A stretch of 64,000 nt of DNA from Trichoplax adhaerens (taxonomy: Eukaryota > Animalia > Placozoa), in assembly GCF_000150275.1 (NCBI RefSeq), contig NW_002060952.1:22482-86481 (forward strand), read 5' to 3'. The position numbers and the translations under genes are program-made. The stretch's first letter is position 1, and the number at the start of each line of letters is the position of its first letter. Below are positions 46,566 to 59,473 of this stretch, piece by piece. The notes beneath the pieces are model-generated. The model saw nothing but the letters and a program-made list of their open reading frames with translations. It did not search any database and had not been told where the DNA came from.

Positions 46566-49500
46566 ATGGCGCTGATATGCTCAAGTAAGTCCTAAGATAG
46601 CTTTTACTCTTGATCGTTAGGAATCATTTCGGCTGTTGTACAAGTAGAAATAGCGATGAGCATTCTAAGATAGGAATGGTCTGTGCATGGATCAAACTAC
46701 TTTGTATTCTACTGGTAGAATGATGACCATTGAGTTGATTCGTGTTGAAGAAGTGACTGTAGTAGTGTCAATGCTCGAGCAGCAAGTGCATTTTCTTACC
46801 GCTCCAAGCACAAGTTTCCTAGTAATTAAGCTTCAAAGTAGTCGTTACTGATGATGCTATGCTTTAATACATTAGGAATAAAATCAATAGATCGGTTGAT
46901 TGCGTACTCTTGTATACCATGATTTTCGTGATAAAATGCGTTAGCGTTTCAACACCGTAAAAAACGACATCATGATCATTTCAGTGTCCAAGTAGATCAA
47001 CGCATAGGAGATGCGTACGCGTCTTGTCCTTGATTCAACTCGATCATGCAAAGAATCGTCATTTCTGCGACCTGATACTGTAGCTGATTGCTATTCTAAG
47101 GATAAAAGCCGCTATGGCTACTTGGAAGCACACGCCATCAAGTCATCATCTTCATATCTTCTCTATTCTGTAGCCACTTCAAGCTCAAGTACTGTAATAC
47201 GTATCATTGACAAGTATAGTTCTAGTCATACTGTACTATAGTCGATTTCACAAGCGACGCGTAGATTGCACAATTTCCATTGGCCATGCTCATGATGGGC
47301 ATACTGTAGTAATCCGTGGTTATAGTCTTCAATAACTTACTACTGTATACTTTAATATGTCATGCTTGCAATCTTGTCATAAATGAATGCTTTATTAATT
47401 GACAGTATGCAACGAAGTCCCGGAGGAACCAGTGTTATCGCTAAAATCGAATTGTATATTTGAGAAACGATTGATCGTCAAGTATATCAAGGAAAACGGC
47501 AAAGATCCCGTATCTGGCGATGATATTGAAGAAGCTGATTTAGTCAACATTAATTGTAAGTAGAAATTTTCATTTCTCAAGATATAAATGTTCATAGATA
47601 AAAGTAAAGTAATATCTCACTTGGCGATCAGCAAGTTCACTTGTTGTATTAACATTGTACTAGTATCAGTTTTGTAGTTGGAGAGAATGATCAACAGCGC
47701 TTTTACGTGCTAGTATGATACTCTGGACTATACTTTGATTTATGCCTAGAAAAGAATGCTTCTATAGTCTATATTTTATCGTACAGTATTATACATATCT
47801 GTTAACACTTACCTTGGCAACAAGCTCTTGAACTAAAATACTGCACTTGAATACTTAAATTATATGTTAGCCACACCAGTATCAAAGCCTCGGCCACCTT
47901 CTGCAACCAGCATACCTGCGCTATTGAAATCGTTACAAGATGAATGGGTAAATAGAGAAATAGGAACCTTCTGAATTTTGACCAAAATTGCATGTAAAAA
48001 AATTGTAAACTAACTGATACTTTGTACTTAGGATGCCTGTATGCTTCATAGTTATACCTTAAGGCAGCAATTGCAGACTACCCGACAAGGTTTGATACCA
48101 AGTGCTATGATAATGGGCATTTTATTTATAGGCTTTAGAATAGCGATAAGCATCCAGTGAGATAATTTTATATCAATCTTCATGTCTTATTTCTCGTATT
48201 GTTCCTTTAGAGTTGTCGCATGCTTTATATCAGCATGATGCAGCATGTCGTGTCATCGCTCGTTTAACTAAAGAACTTACAGCTGCTAGAGAAGGTAACG
48301 ATATAGTTAACAAAAAAGTCTTATCCAAATTTCGCAAACATACAATTGTCACACATAGATATGATTGCTGATATGCATTGATTGAAGAATACAATACTTT
48401 GCACTCAATGTGATCTCTCGTTCGACATTTCTTCCTCAGCTTTAGCAACATTGAAACCTCAAGCTGGCGTTTCGGCTCCTGCTGCTGGCGCTCAGCCTGT
48501 GGTAAGTTTGATGCTTCAACTTCGTTAAAGGGTTACTTGCATGGGTAATAGTAGAAATCTCTCAAATGGTCTTGAACAACTTCTAATTATATACTGTATG
48601 TGCTTGACATGCTATCTTGCTTCATTAAGGAACAAATGGAAGTTGAAGATGCAACGCAGGTTAGCATAGCGTCTTTAAAGTTAATGAATACATATACATA
48701 CTCTATATTCAGTCCGACCTTACTATGTATGCTGTAAATTGTTAATATCTCGCAACAATGATGATCGTAATAATCACCATCTTTCGAATGATGGCAAACA
48801 TATGATTTTATATTTTCTTGTCATCTGAGATGCGAAAAACTATCCTTAAACTTAAATTACTGATGATTAAATGGTCTTGATTAATAACGTCTCATACTGT
48901 GTATTTAAAAATAGGAAATTGGTCTTACGAAGGCAATAATACAAAAGGTAGGTGGCTAATAACTGTCTAAAATTTATCATGATATACTTGTATTGTAAAA
49001 TTCTAACTGATTTAATTTTTCTCAATCTCGTTCCTTTAGCTACAAGATACGTCAGTTGCTTTGACTTCGGAACGTAAAAAGGTAAGAGAACGACCATCGC
49101 TTACTGTATTCTGATTGGACGCCGATTCAGTTTTGCATCCATCTTAAGTACTACGGTGGTCTTCAATTTACTGTTTCATCAATAGGGTAGCATTAAAGTA
49201 TTTTTCTTTTTTTGTTTCAGAGAGGTAAAACTATACCTGAAGGTTTAGCTAAGACAAGCGACATCAGCAAATACGCAGAAATAGCCTCACTTCCTGTCAG
49301 TACCGCTTACAATTGATCTAACGATCGCCTAGAGTCAGTTTTCATGTACATAGTATAACCTGACTTGCAATTGTTTCACTTAGGGTTTGCATAGTGCTAG
49401 TGCTAAAGGAATTTTGACCATTGATTTGCAAGGCGGCAATCCTTCTAGAATAGTAACAGGTAAGGTGCTCCATAATGTACTCTTATATTTTCGAATTGCT

Positions 49501-51155
49501 GATCGTTAATTTAAAAATATCTCCTGGATTAACGGATTTTGAATAATTATCTATTTTAGGTGGAGTAGATAAAAACGTCGTCGTATTTGATCGTACAGAA
49601 GATAAGATTATTGCGACGCTAAAGGGTCACTCCAAGAAAGTTAACAAAGTCATATATCATCCGAATGAGGTAGCGCAAATCGTTAACTGTCAACAATATT
49701 TACTGTTCTGATACGCTATTGCATTGTACGTAGGATATTGTTTTTAGTGGTTCTCAGGATTCTACCGTACGTGTTTGGTCAGTACCGGAATCGTCGTCCC
49801 GACATATGATAAAGGTTAGCTATATATATCGTAAAGAATTTATTGGTTGATATTGTCACAAGAAAATAACATATTATACTATCGTACAGGTCCATGAGAA
49901 AGCAATCACTGGCGTCAGTTTGCATGCTACAGGTATATTTTTTATATGCATATTTTTGAACAGAAAATATCTCCTACGACAAGATTATTATAATTGCTTT
50001 CCAAATATTTCTTCAGGCGAATACCTACTTACTAGCTCTGCGGATCAGGTAACGTACCATTCTTTTGATTCTTCAAGAAGCTGTATACATACTCTACCGT
50101 CACTAATTTACGGGATTATTTCGGCATCTAGTTATGGGCTTTCTCTGATCTTCAGTCTGGAAGAGTTATCACAAAGTCTGACCCTGGTGACAAACAAGAT
50201 GGTACGATTCATCGATTTTATACAACTGTTATCAAATTGTTAACAATAATGTTGTTTGCTTTAATCATAGAATTCACATGTGCCGAATTTCATCCTGACG
50301 GTCTTATCTTCGGTACTGGTACATCAGATGGGTTAGTATAATAATCTTTGTAGTCTCACCAACGCTATACCCGACTACAATCATTGTTCTTGTCAATTAA
50401 TTTATTTGCTAGGATCATTAAGATTTGGGACCTTAAAGAGAGAACCAATGTTGCAAATTTTAGCGGACATTCCGCATCAATTACTGATATATCATTCTCT
50501 GAAAATGGGTTAGAATCTAGATTTTAATAATGATTGATTTTATACTTCAATTAGATAATTTAATATGTGATATTTCTATTTAAAAAAAAAACAGATACTA
50601 TTTAGCAACAGCCGCCGAAGATAGCACGGTAAAACTATGGGATCTGCGAAAGTTGAAGAACTTTAAATCAATTACTTTGGATGACAGTGTGGTATGATGA
50701 GTTTGACAATCATTCTATTGACCGTTGATGATAATTTTATCAATCGGTAGTAAATTCGAATATGTAATTGTTGATATTTATAATACTATTAGGTTAAATC
50801 CGTATCTTTTGATCAAAGTGGTACTTATATGGTAATCGGTGGATCTGATATACGGTTAGCCATTTTTGTAGTATAATAGATATCGCACTGACCAAGACCA
50901 TGCTGTTCAGTAATCTAATCTTGCTATGTTGTGAATAATAGGGTATATTTATCCAAGCAATGGCAGCTTTTGAACACCTTATCAGGTTAGTTACCAAATG
51001 GAAGTGTGAAACCGTGTTACTGTTGAGTATTGATTTTATCTGGTTATTTAACGTTAGGTCACAGCGCTGATGTTACTGGAGTAAAATTCGGTTCTAATGC
51101 TTCCTGCATCGCGTCTTGCAGTATGGATCGTACTGTCAAATTCTTTGGTCTGTAA
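46566..51155 (+). CDS. PRPF19: Pre-mRNA processing factor 19 (U-box E3 ligase, coiled coil, WD40)
   Basis: 22 GT-AG exons starting at 46566, 47406, 47871, 48032, 48211, 48440, 48630, 48915, 49040, 49221, 49384, 49560, 49734, 49890, 50017, 50132, 50271, 50413, 50594, 50793, 50942 and 51058. Translation [16 protein letters not shown]...[18 protein letters not shown]...[54 protein letters not shown]...[12 protein letters not shown]...[14 protein letters not shown]...[11 protein letters not shown]...[11 protein letters not shown] is a clear Prp19. The ORF track misses it. Confidence 0.96.
48750..48835 (+). ncRNA. Intronic box C/D snoRNA, dual guide (SNORD32/51/snR39-type 28S guide plus SNORD56-type 18S guide)
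   Basis: Terminal stem TCGCA/TGCGA. Box C ATGATGA 48758-48764. Guide TCACCATCTTTCG is antisense to conserved LSU CGAAAGAUGGUGA and is followed by D' ATGA. C'-like ATGATT. Guide TTTCTTGTCA is antisense to SSU UGACAAGAAA and precedes box D CTGA at 48825-48828, ~85 nt upstream of the 3' splice site of PRPF19 intron 7. Confidence 0.88.
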
Positions 51156-52442
51156 TACGGAATCTTGGATATTGACCTTTAGCGGGTCTTTACTCGCGTA
51201 GATTTACTTAAATTCTTGATAGCCTGTTCTATGCACTTTCAAGAAGTTCACTACCCTAATTATTATTTCCTGTAGAATCTACAAAGTTCAAAAATCATCT
51301 GTATATTAATTATAGTACCTGATAAGAATGTCAGTAAGACTATCGGTTCATTCGAAATGTAGAACATGTTTTTGACTTCTTTATGTACTAAACTATACGA
51401 ACCGTTGTTCGTTGTCTGTTAAAAATTATCTACTCTGAATGTAAATTAAAATGCGTGAATCTTGTAACGGTGATGGACACCGTGAAAAGTAAGGTAGCAC
51501 GATGAACTCGTACTTTACCAACTATTTGCAACTGAAAATAACTGTATTGCTGTTTGATAAGTTTGAAAATGTATAGCGAAACCCTTTTTTAAGCAATGTT
51601 TTCATACTGTTGCTTTATATCTTGCTGCAGAGCTAACAATTATAATTATGATGGTACGTCGACTAGTTAATAAAGCGAAAATTTGAAGACATGCGAAAAA
51701 CAAAAACGTTATGTGCATCGCGTAAAATTGGGTTCTTCACTCTATTAGTACAATGCTACATGGTAATCTATATCAGATTTCAGTACTATAAATGTCTAAA
51801 ATTCGCTAACTTTTGGAATTCCCTCATGGTATATCATTGCTTACTGTAGCACAGTGATTAGCTTACTGTGTAGTGCTATTATGACGTTATTAAAGTCGGT
51901 GATAACAGGTTCTTATATACAGGTTACAATTAGTTATCTGCACAGGATTAGGGTTAGGGTAACAGTCTGTACACTCCGGATCGTCGAGCTTCGCAATTAT
52001 TAGGTAATGACGCAATCCGCAACTTATCCCAAATTCGTCAATATAACTCTGTAATAGCAGGGACTAGCCAATAGTGCCATACTGTCCTATACTACTACTA
52101 CCTTGCCGTGCTGCAGGTCGGGTCCGGCTTTCCACCGCTCTCAACTGCTTGATAACGTCTATAGTGACGTAACCACTTTCCGTTGTCAATATTCTCAAGA
52201 ATAAACTATCTAATTCTAGTGGAAATCGACTGATGATGGCCATTAGTAAATGATCGCGGAGGTATTTTTAGCCGAAATGAATTTATCTTCACTCTAATTT
52301 CTATTGCTATCCCTTTACCCTTTCGACTGATTGGATTAGAAGAAATTCAATTGCCATCGTAGACGATTAGACAACAATCCTTATCTATTGCCCGATCGAT
52401 TTATCTAAAGATATCTATTTTAACTTCTTCCATTGAATCATC

Positions 52443-55400
52443 ATGAAGGAAACTACTTTAAATTATACTTTAACTATTGTTATAGCATTGCTCGATCTTT
52501 TGATCTCTACGGTTATCATGATGCATGGAAATGATTATACCTTATTTATTGTCAATGCAGTATTCTACCAATTCGGTCTATCCAATTTTGATTTATGGTT
52601 ATTTTCTATCGTTCGTTTTGCACTATCGATCGGTTGCCTTCTTGGTATCATTCGCGGTAAGAATACTGCTATTAAAAGGATTAAGACAGCCATGAAAGCG
52701 AAATGGCTTGTTTTGATGATAACGATTGCTTATCTAGCATCCAAACTATTAGTGTCATTAGAATATAATGCATTCCATAGCCAACAATCATGGCTATGGG
52801 TAGCACTTGGTGTAACTCTCTTTTTTACCACTGTTTGGTTGAGTACAATCCACATGCTAACTCGATTATATTTTACTCCTGTTCACCGCCAAGAAGATAG
52901 CAACACTTTAACGGTTGGTGTTAATAGTAGTGAAGCAGGTAGCCAACAATCACTTGTCAGCAATGAATCAAGTGCGAGTAGTTTACAAAGTAATGATGAA
53001 AATATCCAAATTTCATCTTATTCTGCAACAACTTGGCAATTATTAAAGTTATGCAAACCTGATTGGCATTATATTTTTGGCGGATTTATATTTTTACTTG
53101 CAGCATCGGTAACGGAAATATTTATACCATACTTTGAAGGACATGTTATCAATGATATCGTCAAATCAACATCGGATACCCAAATTCGGGATGCCATTAT
53201 CACATTAGGACTAATTACTTTTGCCACTTCAGTTTGTACTGGGATCCGTGGTGGCTTATTTATGGTTGCAGTGGCACGAATGAATATCAGGATTCGAAAT
53301 TTACTTTTCCAATCTGTTGTCAAACAAGACATTAGCTTCTTTGATCAATCGACCACCGGTGAAATAACGTCTCGATTAACGTCAGATGTAACTAAAATGA
53401 GCGATGAAGTAACACTCAATATTAACACTTTCCTGCGTGGCATTATTAAAGTCATTGGTACTACTATCTTCATGTTCGTCTTATCCTTTCGTCTAACAGT
53501 AGTTACCTTAATCAGTTTACCACTTATCGCGATTATAGTTGACTATTTTGGAGAATGGTACAAGGTAAGAGATTCTACGTTTGCTCATATCCAAAATTGA
53601 TTGATGCAGTTTACAACAAATTAGTGTTATATCGTCAATATTTTTACTGCTTATTCAACTCACTTTTTTAACATCGATACCATAATGTATAAAGTAATCA
53701 TAGCTCCAGCATTGTAAATGGAGTTAAGAATGCTACAAATAATCCTTAGTGCCGTAATCATTCCGTTGCATGTGTTCATTCATTAATCAATCACTTATAT
53801 CTATTATATAAACTGCGTACTTAATCTTAACTAGCCAGTCCATGTTTTAGATGGGCAATACAGTACTATCGTTATGAATGATGATATTCTAAACAATGAT
53901 GTAACTAACTACATCTTGTCAATAATAAATTATCCAGAAACTATCGAAGAGCGTACAAGATTCATTAGCTAGTGCTAATGGCGTCGCAGAAGAAGTCTGT
54001 TCTTCTATCAAAACTGTCCGAAGTTTCGCTTGTGAGTCCTACGAAATCCAACGATATGCTAAAAAACTGAAAATAACTTACGGCCATAAATTGAAGCAAG
54101 CCATCCTTTATGCAGGGTTTGAATTTACTAACGAGGTAAAGTACTACGTAAATAAAATGCTATCTCAGCTTGTTCAAAAATTATAAATTTTTGTACCTAT
54201 ACCCGTAAAAGTATTTCAATTACTTTAGTAAAGCTTTGTCTTGCAGTATTACGTTTATAATCGTTGCTTAGAGCCCAATATCAAACTTTAGACTACCAAA
54301 ATATATTTCTATAACAATTAAATTATACTTATGTACCATCCAGAAGAAATTGTATGCTTACGGTATATTTATATTAGCTCTTTAATTTTTACTTTCAAAG
54401 ATAGGAAAGCTGAGAGAAGTTATCGTTCTCTTACTACTAATGTACATAACACTTCTCCTCTTGTTTATGTATAACAGCACAAATGCTTCAAATACTGAGA
54501 ACTTATTAATGGTTACAAATCGTGAAAGTAGTTGTCAACAGGGCCTGAATTACACTCTTATTTTTCGCCTGCATTAATACCTTCAATAAATCGATAAAGA
54601 TGCTTTCTTTAATGCAGTATTTATTATGAAGTAATCTTACTTTTACGATCGAATTTTCGGTTAAATGTCCTTTCAATTCTAAATTTTGTTGTAGATGTTG
54701 GATCTTGCTATTACCGTTGTAACCTTGTACTATGGTGGTCATCTAGTAATTACCGGTCAAATTTCAGGGGGAATGTTTATTGCTTTTATTTTATACCAGC
54801 TTGAAATGGGAGAGTCTGTCGAGGTATATTTAGAATCAACAAGAACGAAATGTAATTAGTTAGAGGATGTTTTAAAAATGTATTGAACTGTAATATGGAA
54901 CGCATTCAATATTATTCGATGACTCTCCTAACAGCTACGTTATTGATGTAATAGGACTTAGGTGAGGTTTACACTGGCTTAATGCAGGCAGTTGGCGCAG
55001 CAGATAAAGTTTTCGAACTGTTAGATCGAAAATCAGAATTTACTTGTAATGGTACATATGCACCTGCACAATTATCTGGCCATATCCAATTTAAGGATGT
55101 TTCTTTTTCCTATCCATCAAATCGTGAGCGAATGGTACTTGATAAGGTTTCATTTGAAGCTAAACCAGGGGAAGTTATTGCTCTCGTAGGACAAAGTGGT
55201 AGTGGAAAATCAACATGTATTAGCTTGTTAGAAAGATTTTACGAACCGGCAAGTGGAGAAATTTTAATAGATTCGCATCCTATATCGGAATATGATCACG
55301 AATATCTCCACCGTAAGGTAAATCCTAGTAATATAAAAAATCTATTTTTTCACATAATCTACTAGGCAAAATATAAGATTATTCTGCTAACCTTAGCTTT

Positions 55401-56196
55401 CATTACATCGATTTAAATAAATAAATAATATTAAAAGATATCGTAATGGTTATTTCAGATGGCTTTAGTTGGGCAGGAACCTGTATTATTTGCTCGTAAA
55501 CTTGAGGAAAATATAGCGTACGGTCACGAAAACTGCGAATTTGAAGATATTAGACAGTCAGCTATTGAAGCTAATGCGGACGAATTTATACAAGATCTTC
55601 ATCATGGTTATGGTGCTTACGCTGGCGAGCGAGGTCATAATCTATCAGGCGGTCAGAAACAAAGAATTGCCATTGCTAGAGCCATCGTTAGAAAGCCTTG
55701 CATTTTATTGCTTGACGAAGCAACCAGTGCCTTAGATGCATATAGTGAACACTTAGTAAGCTTTGTTACTTCAATCTAGTGATTAATCAACACGATCAAC
55801 ACTTTTCTTTACAATTTTAATGTTTTGAATTGGTATAATAGATATTTGAGGAAGTATACTGCAACATATATATAGTATCTGTTAACTAAATTGTTCATCT
55901 AATATAATTAGGTACAGCAAGCAATAAAGGCAAACTGCAAGAATAGAACAGTTATTATCATCGCTCATAGATTAAGTACCGTTGAAGATGCCGATAGAAT
56001 TTTGGTAATTGATAAAGGCAAAGTTGCTGAAGAAGGAAATCACTTTTCTTTATTAGCTAAGAATGGAATCTATACCAAACTGGTCAAGAACCAATTACTC
56101 AGCACGTCTAAAGATTCCCCTCAACAAGATGAACTTTGCTCAGATGCTGATCAAAAAAGCCCCACTACTCCTTCTCTAACAACTGAAGAGATTTAA
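52443..56196 (+). CDS. ABCB9: ABCB9/TAPL-like lysosomal peptide ABC half-transporter, paralogue 1
   Basis: join(52443..53564,53938..54135,54695..54823,54955..55317,55459..55755,55912..56196). TMD0 with D..I.T...DLW....R pattern. Core [34 protein letters not shown]. Walker [11 protein letters not shown]-loop VGQEP, signature LSGGQ, Walker [13 protein letters not shown]-loop IAHRLS. Confidence 0.88.
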
Positions 56197-59100
56197 ATCC
56201 ATAAAGGCTAATATATGATAAAACTTGGCATGCCAAAACACTTCTAATTTATAATGTCATCGCCATCTACTGCGTTTTAGCCATCAAGTGGCCATATAAC
56301 TTTGACTAACTGGATTACGGTTGACTGTAATTTAATATGTATCGTATAAACTTTTAATTCGTATTATTTGAACACCGCATGAATCAATATTGTGATATCT
56401 CCTAGATTTATTCTATTACATTCGAGTTGCAGAATTTCATCAAGCATCTGATTTAGCATTGTCAGATATGTATTCTTAACCAGAATTGATAGAATCAGGA
56501 AGATGCGTGTGGCTGCCATCTTTTCAAATTTACTAGACGTATGTTGCAATAAGCAAATAGTATTTATTTTCAGCATATTAATATAATCATTTTACGATAT
56601 CAAGTTAGGGTTCATCTAATTTTAAATTAATATATTACTCTCCGAAAATTGGTTTAAAATTGTTATTATGATTTGTTACCTACAATAACATTACATAGAA
56701 GAAGCAGGTTTATCTTACGCTATGTAGTAACTATTAGAATTTGCATATCCACATTATTATTTTCAATGGAAATTCTTAGACACTTATATAATCATGGATT
56801 CATAAATGCAGGCATTTATACCAATAAATCTACGTACCTATTTAAAAAAATACAAAAATATTTTGTATATTTAATATGCACGTAAATGCTTGGAGAAGGT
56901 ACAACGAAAAGCTATCGTTCTTGTAAGTGCACAGCATGGGATAGATAGTCTCTAATCGAAACGAACTACCGTACTTGCTCATTTCTATGAACTTTCTATG
57001 AACTTTCTAAGCCAGTTTTCGTTCATGAAAGAAGTAAATCCATAATTTTGAAGATAAGCAGGATCATCTCTTATCATTGCTGTAGGTGAATAGCTGCGTG
57101 ATTTGACGGTACTTAAAAAGGATATTTAATGACACTCTTCAAATACAAATATCTTATTCTCAATACATAGATATCCATTTTTATGCCTTTGAGCACAAGA
57201 TATATTATTGATACGGTACCGAGTAAATCTTGGAATATACGATCTAACTAAGTATAAAAAATCTATGCGTTAGTTTTCGTTTACTATTAGTCCATCATAA
57301 GTAAACCCTTATAGCAAAGTATTCATCCCTCTACATACCAGTATAACATGTACGAGTCTTAAACATCAGCATAATGTTTTTTATTTACAGAAGATTGGGT
57401 AAATTACTTTCGGAGTTACAGAATATAAGGGAAACTTTAGGGTAAAAACTCATTTTCTTAGCAAGATAAATAAATAAATGAATATTTGGATGCAATCTTT
57501 GGATATGACGTGGCGATCCGAATAAAAGAGCGACTACGTAATTCTTACTGTCAACTATCGTAAGACAGTCCTGCAATAAAAGTGACTCACAATAACTGTC
57601 TTAGTCAAAGAGTATTTTTCTAAAAGGCTTTATTATATAGTTTTAGGAATAGTAGAGCAATTATTAATTACTACAAGAATCTAGTCTAAAATCCAAAGTA
57701 TTCCGAGCTCAAAGCGAAGTGAAATCTTTTCTCTCCCTATGAGCTCGTCTCTACAATTCTGAAATAAATTTCGCTAAATCTATTCATGACAACTTAATTA
57801 ATCTGCAGTCAGACTTGAGTCATCAAATAGAATTCCTTTTCTCAAATAGAACATCATTATCTTCCACAATCTGAATCACTCTACTTAAGATATCACTACT
57901 CTTTTATTAATCTCCAGCACCTTTCGATGTTGTGCATCTTCACAATTACAGTGTTTCATGTCACATATATAATAATTGGTCTACTGGCTAATATTAGCGC
58001 TACATCAACAATTTCTAATATAGTAGTTATCAATCATCTAATATTAGCTTTACGATAATGTCTGCTATTGGTAGCCTAATTACATCAATATAACTATCCT
58101 TATAATCGAATATGGGGCGCATCACTACAAGTCCTTTAATTCTTATAGTGTGAATATGTATTCAAAATATCAACTATTCCGTTAAAGTTTAAATTTAATC
58201 AAGTTCTCATAAGGATCCATGGGTTCAGATTCAAATAGAATTTAAAAGACTAGTCTTACAGTGCGTTAGAATACAGCTTTAGGATTATGCATTCGTCACT
58301 AATAAGAATCTAATGGACGTTTCGCTTAGTACGTATGTCTTGCAACGAAGTTTCCTACCATCAATAGAGGTAATTTCACATCAATAACTTAGTAGACTTA
58401 ATATTGGTTCAACTATTTACTGTAAGGCCAATTATTCTTTCGTTAGTGTCTGGCAGTGCTAGGTATTGTATATATATGGCACCTCCACAAGTATGTCACA
58501 TTTGACACATCATACCTATGTGCCGTAAGTATAGCAAATGCTTTTAACAGGTGTTATTATATGAAGCATCTTGGAAATAAAAAATAATGTTTGAATTATC
58601 TTTGGGAATAGTAACTTAATGGAACTTACTATACAGTCATGATCATTAAGATAGCCTTAAAATTGTACGGAACATTAATTGGGAATATGGATACTAAAAT
58701 TGCACCAGATAAATTTTTGAAGTATATTATCACATTAAATTTTACTGCGTTTATGAGATTTAGGTTTAACATTAGCGTGTAATAGTACGGATGTGTCCCG
58801 TTAGAAATTATCTAAGGTTAAGAAACTATCAATTAATAATTAAAAAAGGGGAATCGTAAGTACATTATTAGGACTTTAATCGGAGTACATTAAGCCATCA
58901 ATCAATACTGTAAGTAAATCAGCAGGCTTAGTATCTGCAGTTCCATTTATTTGTGCATTATAACCAATATTTTAAAATAACTATGTAAATATTAGCCGCA
59001 CACGTAAATTGGATAGATATGAAATTTCATAAAGAATGTAATTGTATAAACAACTAAAAATTTACTCCATTGACTATGGCATTTTGATTCTACCAAAAAC

Positions 59101-59473
59101 AAGAAAATGCTAATCATACTATTAATGATAGCGTTTAGACCGATGAATTTTTTTTCACATCTGAATGATTTATTATTCAATCTACATATGATAAAATTAG
59201 CAGCATAATAATAACACATTTTCCAATCACCAATGGTAAAGCTAGAACATTATAGTAAATCTCCTGGGGTAGGAACTATCAATAAATAAAAGACCTACTG
59301 TTGACATTTGTTTTAGCAAGGGGATGCGATTCAAATGAGCAACAACACTGCTTCAGGACGGTCGGTGAAACTTAAATAGCCTATAAAAGCAATTATTAAA
59401 TCGATTTATCGCCTATAGTGACTTGCTCCATTGAAAGAATTTTTAAACTAGACTCTACCATCTGGCTTTCAAC

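Noticed and set aside
47715-47790. Hairpin followed by ACA in PRPF19 intron 2 (possible H/ACA snoRNA)
   Set aside because: No clear H box or 5' hairpin, and no recognisable rRNA or snRNA guide.
51948-51960. TTAGGG telomere-like repeat
   Set aside because: Only two units; not enough to call an interstitial telomeric array.
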